Shown: piece by piece, positions 30,673 to 43,315 of the stretch
How positions within the stretch are numbered: position 1 is the first letter of the stretch
Layout: each line of letters opens with the position of its first letter
Notes under the pieces: model-generated
What the model was told of the DNA's origin: nothing
What the model saw: the letters and a program-made list of their open reading frames with translations, nothing else
Databases searched by the model: none
NCBI GenBank assembly: GCA_963714015.1
Contig: OY970223.1
Location: 3,136,001 to 3,200,000 of the forward strand
DNA: 64,000 nucleotides
DNA from: Vulcanimicrobiota bacterium
GTDB taxonomy: Bacteria; Vulcanimicrobiota; Vulcanimicrobiia; Vulcanimicrobiales; Vulcanimicrobiaceae
Direction of reading: 5' to 3'
Program-made: the position numbers and the translations under genes

Positions 30673-31869
30673 CGCATGTATGCGGCGAGCAAATCGTCCG
30701 ATCCGGTATCGTCCGCAACGACGATCGCCGTTTCGCGGTCTGATAACCCGCGGCGGCGTGCGGTCGAACTCCGCGATCAGATTTGCAATCGTTCGGCCCA
30801 GCGGTTTTAGACGGCGGTCGTTGGTGTAGAGCCCGAGATCGTACTCGAGCGTATTGAAGCCGGTCAGACGGCGATTGACGTCGTGCGAACACCACCACGT
30901 TATTCCGAAAAGGTGGTCGCAGGAGACTGCGTTGCGAATCGAATGCTCGGCCCACTGCGGAATCAATGATTCGCGCATCCACTGCTTGGAGCAGCCGTCT
31001 TCTTCGATCCAAATCGTTCGGGCGCCGTCCTCGCTGAATGCCTGCATATACTGAATCAGAAACTCGCCGTAGTGCGTTGCGGCGGTGCTGAGCGGCCCGT
31101 ACTTCGGATAGATTGGTCCAAATCCGGCCCATGGATGGACGACGCTTGCCGAACCGGCACGCGCCAGCGCCGAGCGCGTAAAGCCTTGCGCCGCCGAAGC
31201 CTCGTACGGCCATTTGTCGACACCGTTGACGTTAAACTTGCCCGGCGCAACGGCGTTGCAATGATCGAGCAATGCGCGCATCCATACATCACCTTGCTGC
31301 GGCGTAAAACGAACGTGCAGCGGCTGGGTGAACCAATAGATCTCGTTGGCGATGTCGAATCCGAGAAAGCGCGGATGCCCAGCGATCGCTCGAGCCAAAA
31401 CGGTGAAGAGTTCCTGCTGTACCGCGATGAGTTTGGGGTCGATAACGAAGTTCCGGATGTGCCCGTCGCCGTTGTCGATTAGGTACGGCGGGACGAAAAG
31501 AAAGCCGCTCAACTGACCGTCCAGAACCGTTACTTCGACGTCGAGAGAGACTTCGGCGGCGGCGTTCAGCAGATTCACGAGCCTGCTGACGGGCTCGGCG
31601 CCGACCGCTGCGGCATTGGGCTGAAAGACCGGCCACAGCAACTGAATCCGGATGTGGTCCATCCCCAAAGCGGCAATGTCATGCAGGTCGCGCCGGATTC
31701 CGTCCGGATCCCAATCGCTCCAGACGTACCACCATTTTCGCGAAGGGACGTAATTTGCTCCGAACCGGACACGGCGCCGGGCGCGAGCTCGTGCCGTCAT
31801 CGGTAAACTTGCGGCTGCAACGCAGCCGGCCGCCGCGCCAACCGCGAACTCTGCCCGGCGCATAGTCAT
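30573..31869 (-). CDS. Glycoside hydrolase, GH5/clan-A-like, Tat-like signal (C-terminal frameshift near 30733)
   Basis: FGANYVPS, GMDHIRI, DIANE acid/base motif, WIEEDG nucleophile region, WWCSHD; the corrected frame ends at TGA 30573. Confidence 0.8.
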
Positions 31870-31955
31870 CGTCCTGACATTCTTCGCCTCTCGTTCTTTT
31901 TGCTTTCGGCTAAGCGCAAGGGACCGGCGAGCGTATGGCGCAGAAGGTGCGGCTG

Positions 31956-32744
31956 ATGAAACGCGCATTGCTATTGGCCATCGGCATTTTTCTTATTTTG
32001 GTTGCGCCGGGACGCACTGTTCGAGCGCAGAGTTCCGCATCGTGCCGAGCGATCAATCATGCTATCGGCCAAGGGGAAACCGCTTACCTTATTTTTCGAG
32101 CGGGCCCGATAAGCGTTGCGCGCCTGACGGAGGCGTTGCACAAGACCACGGACGCTCTTCATGCTGCCGGTATCAACTTCGGCGAACCAATAGATTCGTG
32201 CGACACCTACACGCGTGCGACGTACGACATGCTCGTCATTCATTTGGTCGATCTCGAAATCGCCGCAGGCGGCACTCCCAGCGATCTTCTCCCGGCGATC
32301 ACCGGAATGCTGCGCGATCTGCACGGCGTGCTATCGATTTCAAACCCGTTCTTTGGGACCTACACCCGACGGGTTGTAGCGATGTATACCGGCGCAGCCG
32401 GACCTCCTCCGGAGGACCTAAAATCTTGGTATGACGATCCGAACCTGGGTCCCATGACGGACTGCGTTGTCCCGTATCAGGACGCAATCATCGTTAGTCA
32501 GGCACGCTTGCTCTATCCGCAGACGATTCCACTCTCAGGTCCGGTCACCGTCACCTTGACGCTGATCATTGGCGCGGACGGCAGCCTGGTCGACTCGAAG
32601 GTTCTGAAAAGCAGCGGGAACGGCGCATTGGATGCAGCGGCTCTATCCAGCGCTCGTAACAGTACTTACGCGCCTAAGGTCGTTCTCTGCCAGCCGACGC
32701 AAGGAAAATATCTTTTCAAATCGACGTTCGACCCGAATCGCTAG
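31956..32744 (+). CDS. Secreted protein with C-terminal TonB-C domain
   Basis: Signal peptide; YP..GPVTV..IGADGSL...VLKSSGNGALDAAAL. Confidence 0.75.
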   Translation: MKRALLLAIGIFLILVAPGRTVRAQSSASCRAINHAIGQGETAYLIFRAGPISVARLTEALHKTTDALHAAGINFGEPIDSCDTYTRATYDMLVIHLVDLEIAAGGTPSDLLPAITGMLRDLHGVLSISNPFFGTYTRRVVAMYTGAAGPPPEDLKSWYDDPNLGPMTDCVVPYQDAIIVSQARLLYPQTIPLSGPVTVTLTLIIGADGSLVDSKVLKSSGNGALDAAALSSARNSTYAPKVVLCQPTQGKYLFKSTFDPNR

Positions 32745-32821
32745 AAAGAAAGAAGCGCCGCCATTCGGCGGCGCCGGCTCTCCCGATGACACAACTCTTT
32801 GACTCGTCGTGGAAGCGCGGG

Positions 32822-33997
32822 CTACGCGACTTCGAAGAGACCTGCGGCGCCCATGCCGCCACCGATGCACATCGTCACGACGACGTGCTTTGCGTTGCGC
32901 TTCTTGCCTTCGATCAGCGCGTGCATGACCATACGAGTGCCGGAAAGGCCGTACGGATGGCCGATGGAAATGGCGCCCCCGTTCACGTTGAATCGCTCGT
33001 TCGGAATGCCGAGCGCGTCGCGAACGTAAACGGTCTGCACGGCGAACGCTTCGTTCAATTCCCACAAGCCGATGTCGTCGACCGTCAGATTGTTCTGCTT
33101 GAGCAATTTTGGAATTGCGTAGACGGGCGCGATGCCCATTTCGCCCGGCGCGTTACCGACGACGACCATGCCGCGATAAAACCCGAGCGGCTGTAAGCCG
33201 CGCTGCTCGGCGAGCTTGGAATCCATGACGACGACCGCCCCTGCTCCATCCGAAAGCTGCGAAGAATTTCCCGCGGTAATCGGCGACTTGGGATCGAGGA
33301 CGCCCTTGAGCTTCAACAAACCTTCAAGCGTCGTGTCCGGCCGATTGCCCTCGTCCTTGCGCAGGGTGAACAGCTCTTCGGCATACTCGCCGGTCTCTTT
33401 GTTTTCCGTGTATTTCCAAGCAGCGAGCGGAACGATCTCCTCGTCGAAAGCGCCTCGCGCCTGCGCATCGGCGGTACGCTGCTGGCTCTGCAGCGCGTAT
33501 TCATCTTGACGCTCGCGCGAGACGTTGTACTTTTTCGCGACGAAATCGGCCGTCTGCAGCATCGGCATGTAGACGTCGGGCTCGTGCCGCAGCATCCAAT
33601 CTTCGGTGAAAAACTCGACGTTCATCGAGTTTTGCACCAGGCTGATTGACTCGGCGCCACCCGCGACGACGACATTCGCGCCGTCGACGATAACGCGCTG
33701 CGCCGCTACCGAAATCGCTTGCAATCCGGACGCACAGTACCGGTTAATCGTCGTACCGGGAACGGTTTCGGGCAAGTCCCGCGCGCAGCGCGGCGACGCG
33801 GCCCAAATTGTTTCCAGTCGCGCCCTCCGGAAGCCCGACGCCGATCACGACGTCTTCGACTTCGTCCGGATCGATCTTCGCGCGATCCACAGCCGCCTTG
33901 ATCGACGTGCCCGGCAAGCGTTGCGCCGTGCGTTTGATTGAATGCGCCGCGAAACGCTTTACCGATCGGCGTCCGCGCCGCTGAAACAATTGCCGCC

Positions 33998-34005
<8 letters not shown>
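32822..34005 (-). CDS. Acetyl-CoA C-acyltransferase (thiolase; frameshifts near 33905 and 33778)
   Basis: [32 protein letters not shown]. Confidence 0.92.
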
Positions 34006-36044
<2,039 letters not shown>

Positions 36045-36045
36045 G

Positions 36046-37888
36046 CTATGCCACCACGGGCGATTTGCGGTCGAGATCGTACTGCGTCTCTTGCAGCGTC
36101 ATGACGTCGCCCGATCCTTGCGTAATCTGGAGTTTGAGCCACGCGCTTTGACTGAGCACGTGCGTTGCATAAAATTTCGCCGTGGCGATTTTCGCCTTAT
36201 AGAACTCGCTCTCGGCATCGCCCGCGGCGATCTTCTCCGCCGCTAGCTGTGCGGCGCGCGCCATTTGCCAGCCGCCCGCGGTAATGCCCCACAGCTTCAA
36301 ATACGGCACGCTGCACGCGACCGCTTTTCGCAGGTCTCCCATCGCCGTCATCCCGATCCACTGCGAGGTCTCGGCGAGCGCATTGATGCCTTTTGCCAGC
36401 GCCTGGCCTATGTCTTTGAGAGATTCTCCTGAGCCGCTCGAAGCGTCCTCGCTTTCGCCCCCTTCCAACTCCTTGGCGGCCTTCTGCATCATTCCGATGA
36501 TGCGGGTTGCAGTCGCGCCCATGTCCTGCGCGAGCTTGCGCCCGACCAAGTCCAGGGCTTGAATGCCGGTCGTACCTTCGTAGATCGTCGTGATACGAAC
36601 GTCGCGGCAGCTGCTGGGCGATTCCGGTTTCTTCGACGTAACCAATACCGCCGAACACTTGTAGCGCGGTCGAGCAGATTTCGACTGCCGTCTCAGTGCA
36701 CCAGCCTTTGACGACGGGAATCATCAGCTCGACGAAAGCCTTCTGCTCCTTACGAACTTTCTCGTCGGGATGCTTGTGCGAGAAGTCCAAGGAGGCAGCC
36801 GTGACGTACGAGAGTGCGCGCATCGCTTCGATCTGCGATTTCATCGTCATCAACATGCGGCGCACGTCCGGATGTTCGATGATGCGCTTGGGCTCGGGTG
36901 ACCGGGACGCGACATCGCGGAACTGCACGCGTTCCTTGGCGTACTGCAGCGCTGCTTGGTACGCGCGGTCCGCCAGCGCCAACCCTTGAACGCCCACGGA
37001 GAAGCGCGCGGCGTTCATCATGACGAACATGTACTTGAGACCTTCGTTCGGCCGGCCGACCAAATATCCGATTGCGCCTTGCTTCTCGCCCAGATTCATG
37101 GTGCACGTCGGATTGCCGTTGATGCCCATCTTGTGCTCGATGCCGGCACAGACGATGTCGTTGCGCTCACCCAGCGAGCCGTCAGCGTTCGGAATGAATT
37201 TCGGCACGATGAACATGGAGATGCCTTTGGTGCCCTCGGGCGCGTCCGGCAGTCGCGCAAGCACCAAGTGCACGATGTTATCGGCCATGTCATGCTCGCC
37301 GAAGGTTATAAAAATCTTCTGGCCCGTAATGCGATAGCGATCGCCTTCAGGAACCGCCTTGGTGCGAACTTGAGCGAGATCGGATCCCGCTTGCGGCTCG
37401 GTCAGGCACATCGTGCCGGTCCAGGTTCCGTCTACCAGCTTCGGAATGTAGAGCTTCTTCTGCTCGTCCGATCCGATCAATTCAATTGCTTCGATCGCCC
37501 CTTGATTCAGGAGCGGACCGTTGGCAAAGCCGATGTTCGACGCGTTCCACATCTCGAGCGTCGGACCGAGCATCAGCGAGGGAAGACCTTGCCCGCCGTA
37601 TTCCGCGGGAACAGGCAAACCGATCCAGCCGGCCTTTGCGAACTGGTGATACGCCTCTTTAAAACCTTTCGGCGTCGTGACGTCGCCGTCGCTCCACGTG
37701 CAGCCTTCTTTGTCACCCGAATGATTAATCGGATCCAGCACTTCGCTCGCGAAGGTGGCGGCTTCTTCGAGAATTGCGTCCGCAACGTCCGTCGTGTCTT
37801 CAAAGCCGGGAAGCTTGGCGACTTCCTCGAGTCCGGCAAGCTCGTGAAGCACGAACTGCATGTCGCGCAAAGGCGCTTGATAACTCAT
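36046..37888 (-). CDS. Acyl-CoA dehydrogenase (frameshift near 36612)
   Basis: MCLTEPQAGSDL, KIFIT, EHKMG, FGGIGY, then IYEGTTGIQA in the next frame. Confidence 0.92.
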
Positions 37889-37905
37889 CGTTTCAATCTT
37901 TCCGT

Positions 37906-38307
37906 TTAGCTCGCGATCGAAGGCTCTTCGTACAGTTCACGGCGCAGCCGCAACACTGAATCGGAGAGCATTTGAAGATAGGGAAGCATGTTGGCCTTGA
38001 TGCGGGAGAGGCGTTCGCGTCCGGCCGGCGTGATGTGATAGAGCCGGCGCGAGCGTTTGGTAGGGTGCTCCCATTCGCCGGTCACGAATCCGCGCTCTTC
38101 AAGGCGGCGAAGCAGCGGATACACGGTGTTCGTGTTCACTGCCAGCAGGCCGCCGCACAGCGCTTCGATTCGCTGCATCAGCGCAAGGCCATGGTCCGGC
38201 CGCTCCTCCAGAAGATGAAGCAGCAGTACCGGCATGACGGTTTTGCTCTTGACCGGCCCTTTGAGGACTTCCTCAGCGGCTCGAGCAAGGCTGTTAGATG
38301 CCCGCAT
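37906..38307 (-). CDS. PadR-family transcriptional regulator
   Basis: VYPLLRRLEERG, RRLYHITPAG; heads the beta-oxidation operon. Confidence 0.88.
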   Translation of the reverse strand: MRASNSLARAAEEVLKGPVKSKTVMPVLLLHLLEERPDHGLALMQRIEALCGGLLAVNTNTVYPLLRRLEERGFVTGEWEHPTKRSRRLYHITPAGRERLSRIKANMLPYLQMLSDSVLRLRRELYEEPSIAS

Positions 38308-38368
38308 TGATACTTTTAATATAGCATAAACCTAACAATGCGCAAGAGCCGATAAGGTCATCCAGGAG

Positions 38369-39729
38369 TCAGGACGGCGGGTAAAGGTCCCGCCGCGTGG
38401 CCGGTACAGCGACCTGGCCTCCGGGTGCCGGCTTGGCGAGCAGGGATTGAAAAATGGACAACCGTCCGCGCCGAAAACCTTGGGCGCTGCCGGCCATGTA
38501 GAGCCGCCAAGCCCGATACGATTGCTCTCCGGCCGCCGCCGCCGCTCGTTCTTTGTTTGCCTCGAGATTCCGCACCCACTCCCGCAGCGTGCGCGCGTAA
38601 TGCTCGCGCAGGCTCTCCACGTCGCGCACTTCGAAACCGGCGGCCTCGGCAATCCCTAATGACTCCGAAATCGGCACGAGTTCGCCGTCCGGAAAAATGA
38701 AGCGGCCGATGAATCCGCCCGAGCGACCGTCCCAGCCGGAGCCGCCGAGTGCGATGCCGTGGTTGAGAAACAGTCCGCCGGGCTTCAACAACTTGTACGC
38801 GTTGGCGAAATACCCGGGGAGCTTGCGGCGGCCGACGTGTTCGACCATGCCGATGCTGACAATCTTGTCGAACGTCGTGGCCGGCAATTCGCGATAATCC
38901 CAGCGTTCTACGCGCGCACGATCGCCCAAGCCCAATTGCTCGATGCGGCCGCGCGCTTCTTCGTACTGCCGCTCGCTGAGCGTAACTCCCAGAACATACG
39001 CGCCATGTTCCTTGGCCGCGCGAACGATCAGCGCACCCCAGCCGCAGCCGATGTCCAGCAGACGTTCGCCGCTGCGCAAACGCAACTTGCGCAGCGAGTA
39101 ATCGATCTTGGCGCGCTGGGCATCCTGCAGCGTTTCGATTCCGTCGTCGAAGTACGCGCATGAATATACGAGGTCGGGATCGAGGAACGCGCGATAAAAT
39201 TCCACCGGCTGATCGTAGTGGAATCCGATGGCGGCGCGATCGCGTTCGATCGAGTGCCGGCGCCCGCGCAGCCGCGCCTCGCGGAGTGGGGAAGCTGCGA
39301 AGCGGGCATGCGGTGAAGCAGCATCGCCAGGCGAACCACTGAGGGGCGCGGCAGGCGCTCCATCGCTTGGAAAAGCTCGTCAACCGCAGCCTCGAGATCG
39401 CCTTCTACGTCGATCAGTCCGGCGGCGATTGCTCGACCGGCATTCAGATCGAACGGTGGTTTGAATGCGACGCGCAATGCGCTCGAATGGTTAACGCAGA
39501 GCGTGAAACGCCGCACGCCTTGCGCGGGGACCTCCGTCCCTTCCCAGAGCCGGATCGCAAATCCGCGACAGTACGCGTCCTCGAAAATAAGCCGCAAAAC
39601 CGCTACCGCCATTCGGGCGTAGGGATCCGCCGAGACGAATCGCTCGAGTTCCACGCCTACTGCCTCGCTCGTTTCGATTGAATCGCTGTCAGTGCTCCGT
39701 TTAAGCAGCAGGTTGCTTCCTTGCTCCAC
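38369..39729 (-). CDS. cfa: Cyclopropane-fatty-acyl-phospholipid synthase family SAM methyltransferase (frameshifts near 39290 and 39208; start uncertain)
   Basis: YSCAYF, AQRAK, LDIGCGWG, SIGMVEHVG, YARTL..W, WRLYMAGS. Confidence 0.88.
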
Positions 39730-39814
39730 GATAGGCGCAAAGGCTTATATAAAGTTGACCAAAGCTGGCTTATGATCAATGAACGACACCGTGTCATTTG
39801 AATGGAGACCCAAA

Positions 39815-40018
39815 ATGAGTGATACACCCGTAACTGTCCGGTTACCTCGGGGCAATTTCAACATCGATCAAGCGCACAGCATCGTTGCCGACATCCTGAA
39901 TCGTATCGGCTGCGGCGGATGCTTCTCCGGGCGCGACATCAACTTCGTCAACGAGGTTGAGTTCTTCGTCACGCCCGAAGCTAACATTGCCGAGTTGAGC
40001 TTGCTCGAAGCGCGTTAG
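39815..40018 (+). CDS. Putative RiPP precursor / MNIO substrate peptide (67 aa, GCGGCFSG motif)
   Basis: GGAG RBS at 39804, two Cys in CxxC, stop 13 nt before the DUF692 gene on the same strand. Confidence 0.72.
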   Translation: MSDTPVTVRLPRGNFNIDQAHSIVADILNRIGCGGCFSGRDINFVNEVEFFVTPEANIAELSLLEAR

Positions 40019-40031
40019 AAAACGCCGCTTC

Positions 40032-41438
40032 ATGGACGACGTCCGGGAAGCCGGGGTGGGCGTAGTATTCTTCTCAGATTTTCTCGGCTTCCACGACATC
40101 TTCGAAGGCATCGCGCTGGAGATCGAACCGCAAACGTATTGGCGCGATCCGGCGTCCGATTTGCATCCGGCTTTCAACGAGGGCCTTCTCCGTACGATAG
40201 CGGATCGCCCGAATCACAAGCTGATCCATAGCGTCGGTCTTCCGGTCGGCGGCTCGCTGCCGCCGCCGGAAGAGCATGTGGCTATTCTGGCTGCAAATGT
40301 CGAAATGCTCGATCCGCCGTACGTGAGCGAGCATCTGAGTTTCAACACACGCATGCGAAACGGCATCCGGGAGTGGGCCGGTTTCTTGCTGCCGCCGCTC
40401 CAAACGCCGGCCGGCGTAGCCGTCGCGGTCGAGCGCATTCGGAATTTGCGCGCTTCCTTGAACCGCCCGCTGGCATTCGAGACCGGCGTCAATTATTTCG
40501 CGCCATCACGATCGGAAATGAGGGACGGCGAATTTTTTGCAGCAATCGCGCACGAAGCGGACTGCGGCATTCTGCTGGATCTGCATAACGTCTACACAAA
40601 CGAGCGGAACGGGCGCAGCACCGTTCAAAGCGTTCTCGACGATCTGCCGCTCGACCGTGTGTGGGAGATTCACGTGGCCGGCGGGCACGTTTTTCGGGAC
40701 TTCTATTTGGATGCCCATTGCGGTCTTGTCTCGGAAGAGCTGCGCCGCCTGACCGAACGGGTCGTTCCGTTGCTTCCCAATCTTCGCGCGCTGGTGTTCG
40801 AAGCAAATCCCGACTCCCTGCGATCGGTCGGCGTCGACGCGCTGCGCGAACAGTTCGACTGGATGCACTCCGTATGGAGCCGGCGCGGATCCTGCGCTAT
40901 CGCCGCTGCTGGTCGTCCGGCCCGGCCCGCTCTTCCCGCGCTTGAAGAAGCGCTCGTGCAAACCGCGCAGTGGGAGGATGCGGTCTGGAAGCGGATCAAA
41001 CGCCCCGCGGCGGACGACGAATCGGGTTCGCTGCTCGGCGAACTCATTTACGAGGCCCGCGGAGGATCTGTCTTGAAGGGGGCGCGGCTTACGGCTCGCC
41101 TGCTTCTAGCGACGCTTGGATCGCGGGGCTTTCGCGAGCTTTTTGAAACGTTTTGCGCACAACATCGGGCGCAGATGTTTCCGGCATCGGAAAGCGCTCA
41201 ATTCCTTACTTTTGCGGCCGAGCACGGCGGCGACGTCGAGCACCTGAACGAAATCGTGTCCTTCGAACAGTCACTCCACCGCGTCATCGCAACGCAATCG
41301 CCCCAAGAAGCGCACTTCTCTTGCGATCCCGCGGAGCTTTTCGAAGCACTCCTGCGGCGCGAAAGGCCTCGCGTTTCCGGCGGCGGCGCGTACACCGTCC
41401 GCATCCATCCCGATCGGGTCGAAGTGGTGAGCGGCTAA
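40032..41438 (+). CDS. DUF692/MNIO multinuclear non-heme iron oxidative enzyme with fused C-terminal extension
   Basis: HSVG, SEHLSF, ETGVNY, LLDLHNVY, EIHVAGG, DAH and a late Glu form the DUF692 iron-ligand set; about 180 extra C-terminal residues. Confidence 0.88.
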   Translation: MDDVREAGVGVVFFSDFLGFHDIFEGIALEIEPQTYWRDPASDLHPAFNEGLLRTIADRPNHKLIHSVGLPVGGSLPPPEEHVAILAANVEMLDPPYVSEHLSFNTRMRNGIREWAGFLLPPLQTPAGVAVAVERIRNLRASLNRPLAFETGVNYFAPSRSEMRDGEFFAAIAHEADCGILLDLHNVYTNERNGRSTVQSVLDDLPLDRVWEIHVAGGHVFRDFYLDAHCGLVSEELRRLTERVVPLLPNLRALVFEANPDSLRSVGVDALREQFDWMHSVWSRRGSCAIAAAGRPARPALPALEEALVQTAQWEDAVWKRIKRPAADDESGSLLGELIYEARGGSVLKGARLTARLLLATLGSRGFRELFETFCAQHRAQMFPASESAQFLTFAAEHGGDVEHLNEIVSFEQSLHRVIATQSPQEAHFSCDPAELFEALLRRERPRVSGGGAYTVRIHPDRVEVVSG

Positions 41439-41527
41439 GAAGGCATAAGAAGGTTCCAAAAGGCCCATTCCGACTTACCGCGCCGCCGCTGCGAACGTGA
41501 GTTTGGCGGCGCTATACTAACGGCGCT

Positions 41528-43078
41528 ATGCGGAAACTGCGCCTGCCGTTCTTGATTCTTTTCGTCCTCGGGTTTGCAGCATGCGGCGGTGGCGGCGGCT
41601 CTACGCCTCCGGCTCCCGGAAGCGGCGGCGGTCCGCCTCCCGGCGGCGGTAGTCCATCCGCGTCCCCTTCCGTGCATCCAAGCACGTCGCCGGGCGCTAC
41701 CTCCACACCGTTTGTCACGCCAACCCCCGTGCACACTTCAGGTCCGACTCCAACGCCGATGCCGACAGGCGGCGGCCCGACGTTCTTGCCCAACACGAAC
41801 GGACGTTTCGGGCTCACGCAGATCTTAGACTGGAACGGGCTGAACGGAAGCGGCGACCAGCAGCTCACGCAGCAGCAAATTGAAATTGAAGCGCCGCACT
41901 ACGACAGCGTTTGGGGCGCCTTTTCGCCCCAAATTTGGAATCAGTATCACGCCGGCATGATTTTGTCGCGGTACTTCCTGCCGAACGAAGATTCGTATCT
42001 GCTTTCCCAGCACAACTTGGCGTGGTGGCAAGCGAACCATCCAAGCTGGGTCCTGTACGGCTGCGATAACAACAACAATCCCACGCAAGACGTTGCTTGG
42101 TACGGAACGCGCTTTGGCGACGTTCCACTGGACATTCACAACCCCGACGTCGTCAGTTATCAAGTACATCTGGTAGGCAACTACATGATCGCCAACGGCC
42201 TTAACACGCTCGCCGTCGACAACATCGTCTTCGAAAACTACGGCGCCTCGCCGAATCCGGATCTCGGCGAAGGCAATCCGAATCCGGGCTGGTACGGCTG
42301 CGGCGTGTACACGCAGCCCAACTTCCAAGGATTCCAGCAGATTTACAGCGGCGGCTTGGACGCTCCCGACCCAACGTGGATCTCGGACGTGGAGAACTGG
42401 ATGGCGACGGCGCGTAATATCTTCAATACCGACCCGACGCTAGCGCCGTATCATCTGCACATCATGATGAACCATCCCGTCTTCGACAGCAGTCCCGATC
42501 CGCAGGAGCAGGCGGTGCTCTCAAATGTGGACGGCATGGTCGACGAAAACGGATTTACGCACTACGACAACTACGAGAATCCTCAGTACAACACGTCCGT
42601 GCTCTTCCAGCAGACGCTGAGCTGGATGGAATGGGCGCAGACCAACGGCAAGGGCATATTGCTCACGGACTACTTCTGCGAAGACGGGAAGAACGCACAT
42701 GGGCAGCAATGCTCGACCGATCCGTCGACGCTGACTGCTCCGGAAGTGGATTGGGCTCTCTCGACGTACGCGCTTGGCGACAACGGCGGAGCCGACGTTT
42801 ACATCTCGCCGGACGGCGGCGCCGACTATTCCTATCGGGGAGAGTACGCAACGACGCTGGGGTCGCCGTGCGGCTCGTACGTTCAAAGCAACGGCGTCTA
42901 TTACCGGAAGTTCGCCGGAGCGCTAGTGGTCGTCAATCCGAATCAAAACACTTCGGTTCAGTTCGCGCTGCCTTCGAATCACAGCTATACGGACATCGAG
43001 CATCAGGCGATCGGCAATCCGCTGACGTTGAACGGCCCCGCCGGGTACGTTTTGCTCACTTCGAACGGCTGCTCGTAA
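41528..43078 (+). CDS. Lipoprotein with putative glycoside-hydrolase-like TIM barrel
   Basis: Lipobox FAAC, P/T/S linker, NHPSWVLY, AVDN, DGMVDENGF, YYRKFAGALVVVNP C-terminus. Confidence 0.65.
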   Translation: MRKLRLPFLILFVLGFAACGGGGGSTPPAPGSGGGPPPGGGSPSASPSVHPSTSPGATSTPFVTPTPVHTSGPTPTPMPTGGGPTFLPNTNGRFGLTQILDWNGLNGSGDQQLTQQQIEIEAPHYDSVWGAFSPQIWNQYHAGMILSRYFLPNEDSYLLSQHNLAWWQANHPSWVLYGCDNNNNPTQDVAWYGTRFGDVPLDIHNPDVVSYQVHLVGNYMIANGLNTLAVDNIVFENYGASPNPDLGEGNPNPGWYGCGVYTQPNFQGFQQIYSGGLDAPDPTWISDVENWMATARNIFNTDPTLAPYHLHIMMNHPVFDSSPDPQEQAVLSNVDGMVDENGFTHYDNYENPQYNTSVLFQQTLSWMEWAQTNGKGILLTDYFCEDGKNAHGQQCSTDPSTLTAPEVDWALSTYALGDNGGADVYISPDGGADYSYRGEYATTLGSPCGSYVQSNGVYYRKFAGALVVVNPNQNTSVQFALPSNHSYTDIEHQAIGNPLTLNGPAGYVLLTSNGCS

Positions 43079-43080
43079 CA

Positions 43081-43248
43081 AGCTCCACTGGCAGGCCGCG
43101 CGCGTAAATCGGCCGCGGCCGCAAGCCGGTAATCGACGGACCACGGCGGCAACAGTAAAGCCGCGCTCATTCAGCGGGCAGGAGGTCGATTTGCGCGCGA
43201 ATCAGGAGCTCGTGCGGCATACCGGCAGTTTAGCACGCCGGTATGCCG
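43081..43248 (+). ncRNA. Candidate structured RNA element (unassigned)
   Basis: 16-bp stem 43099-43114/43184-43199 (2 G-U), internal hairpins, outer AGCTCC/GGAGCT pair, perfect 12-bp inverted repeat 43215-43248. Confidence 0.35.
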
Positions 43249-43315
43249 GCCGCTGTCAGTTATTGAAAATGTCTCGGCAACGCGTCGCTCATGCGCGTTT
43301 GAGACCGTTCGCCGG

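Noticed and set aside
43081..43248. Retron msr-msd, tRNA-Sec, SRP or 6S RNA identity for the structured element
   Set aside because: No reverse transcriptase nearby, no anticodon/T-loop pattern, no SRP GGAA loop motif; 6S could not be supported by eye.
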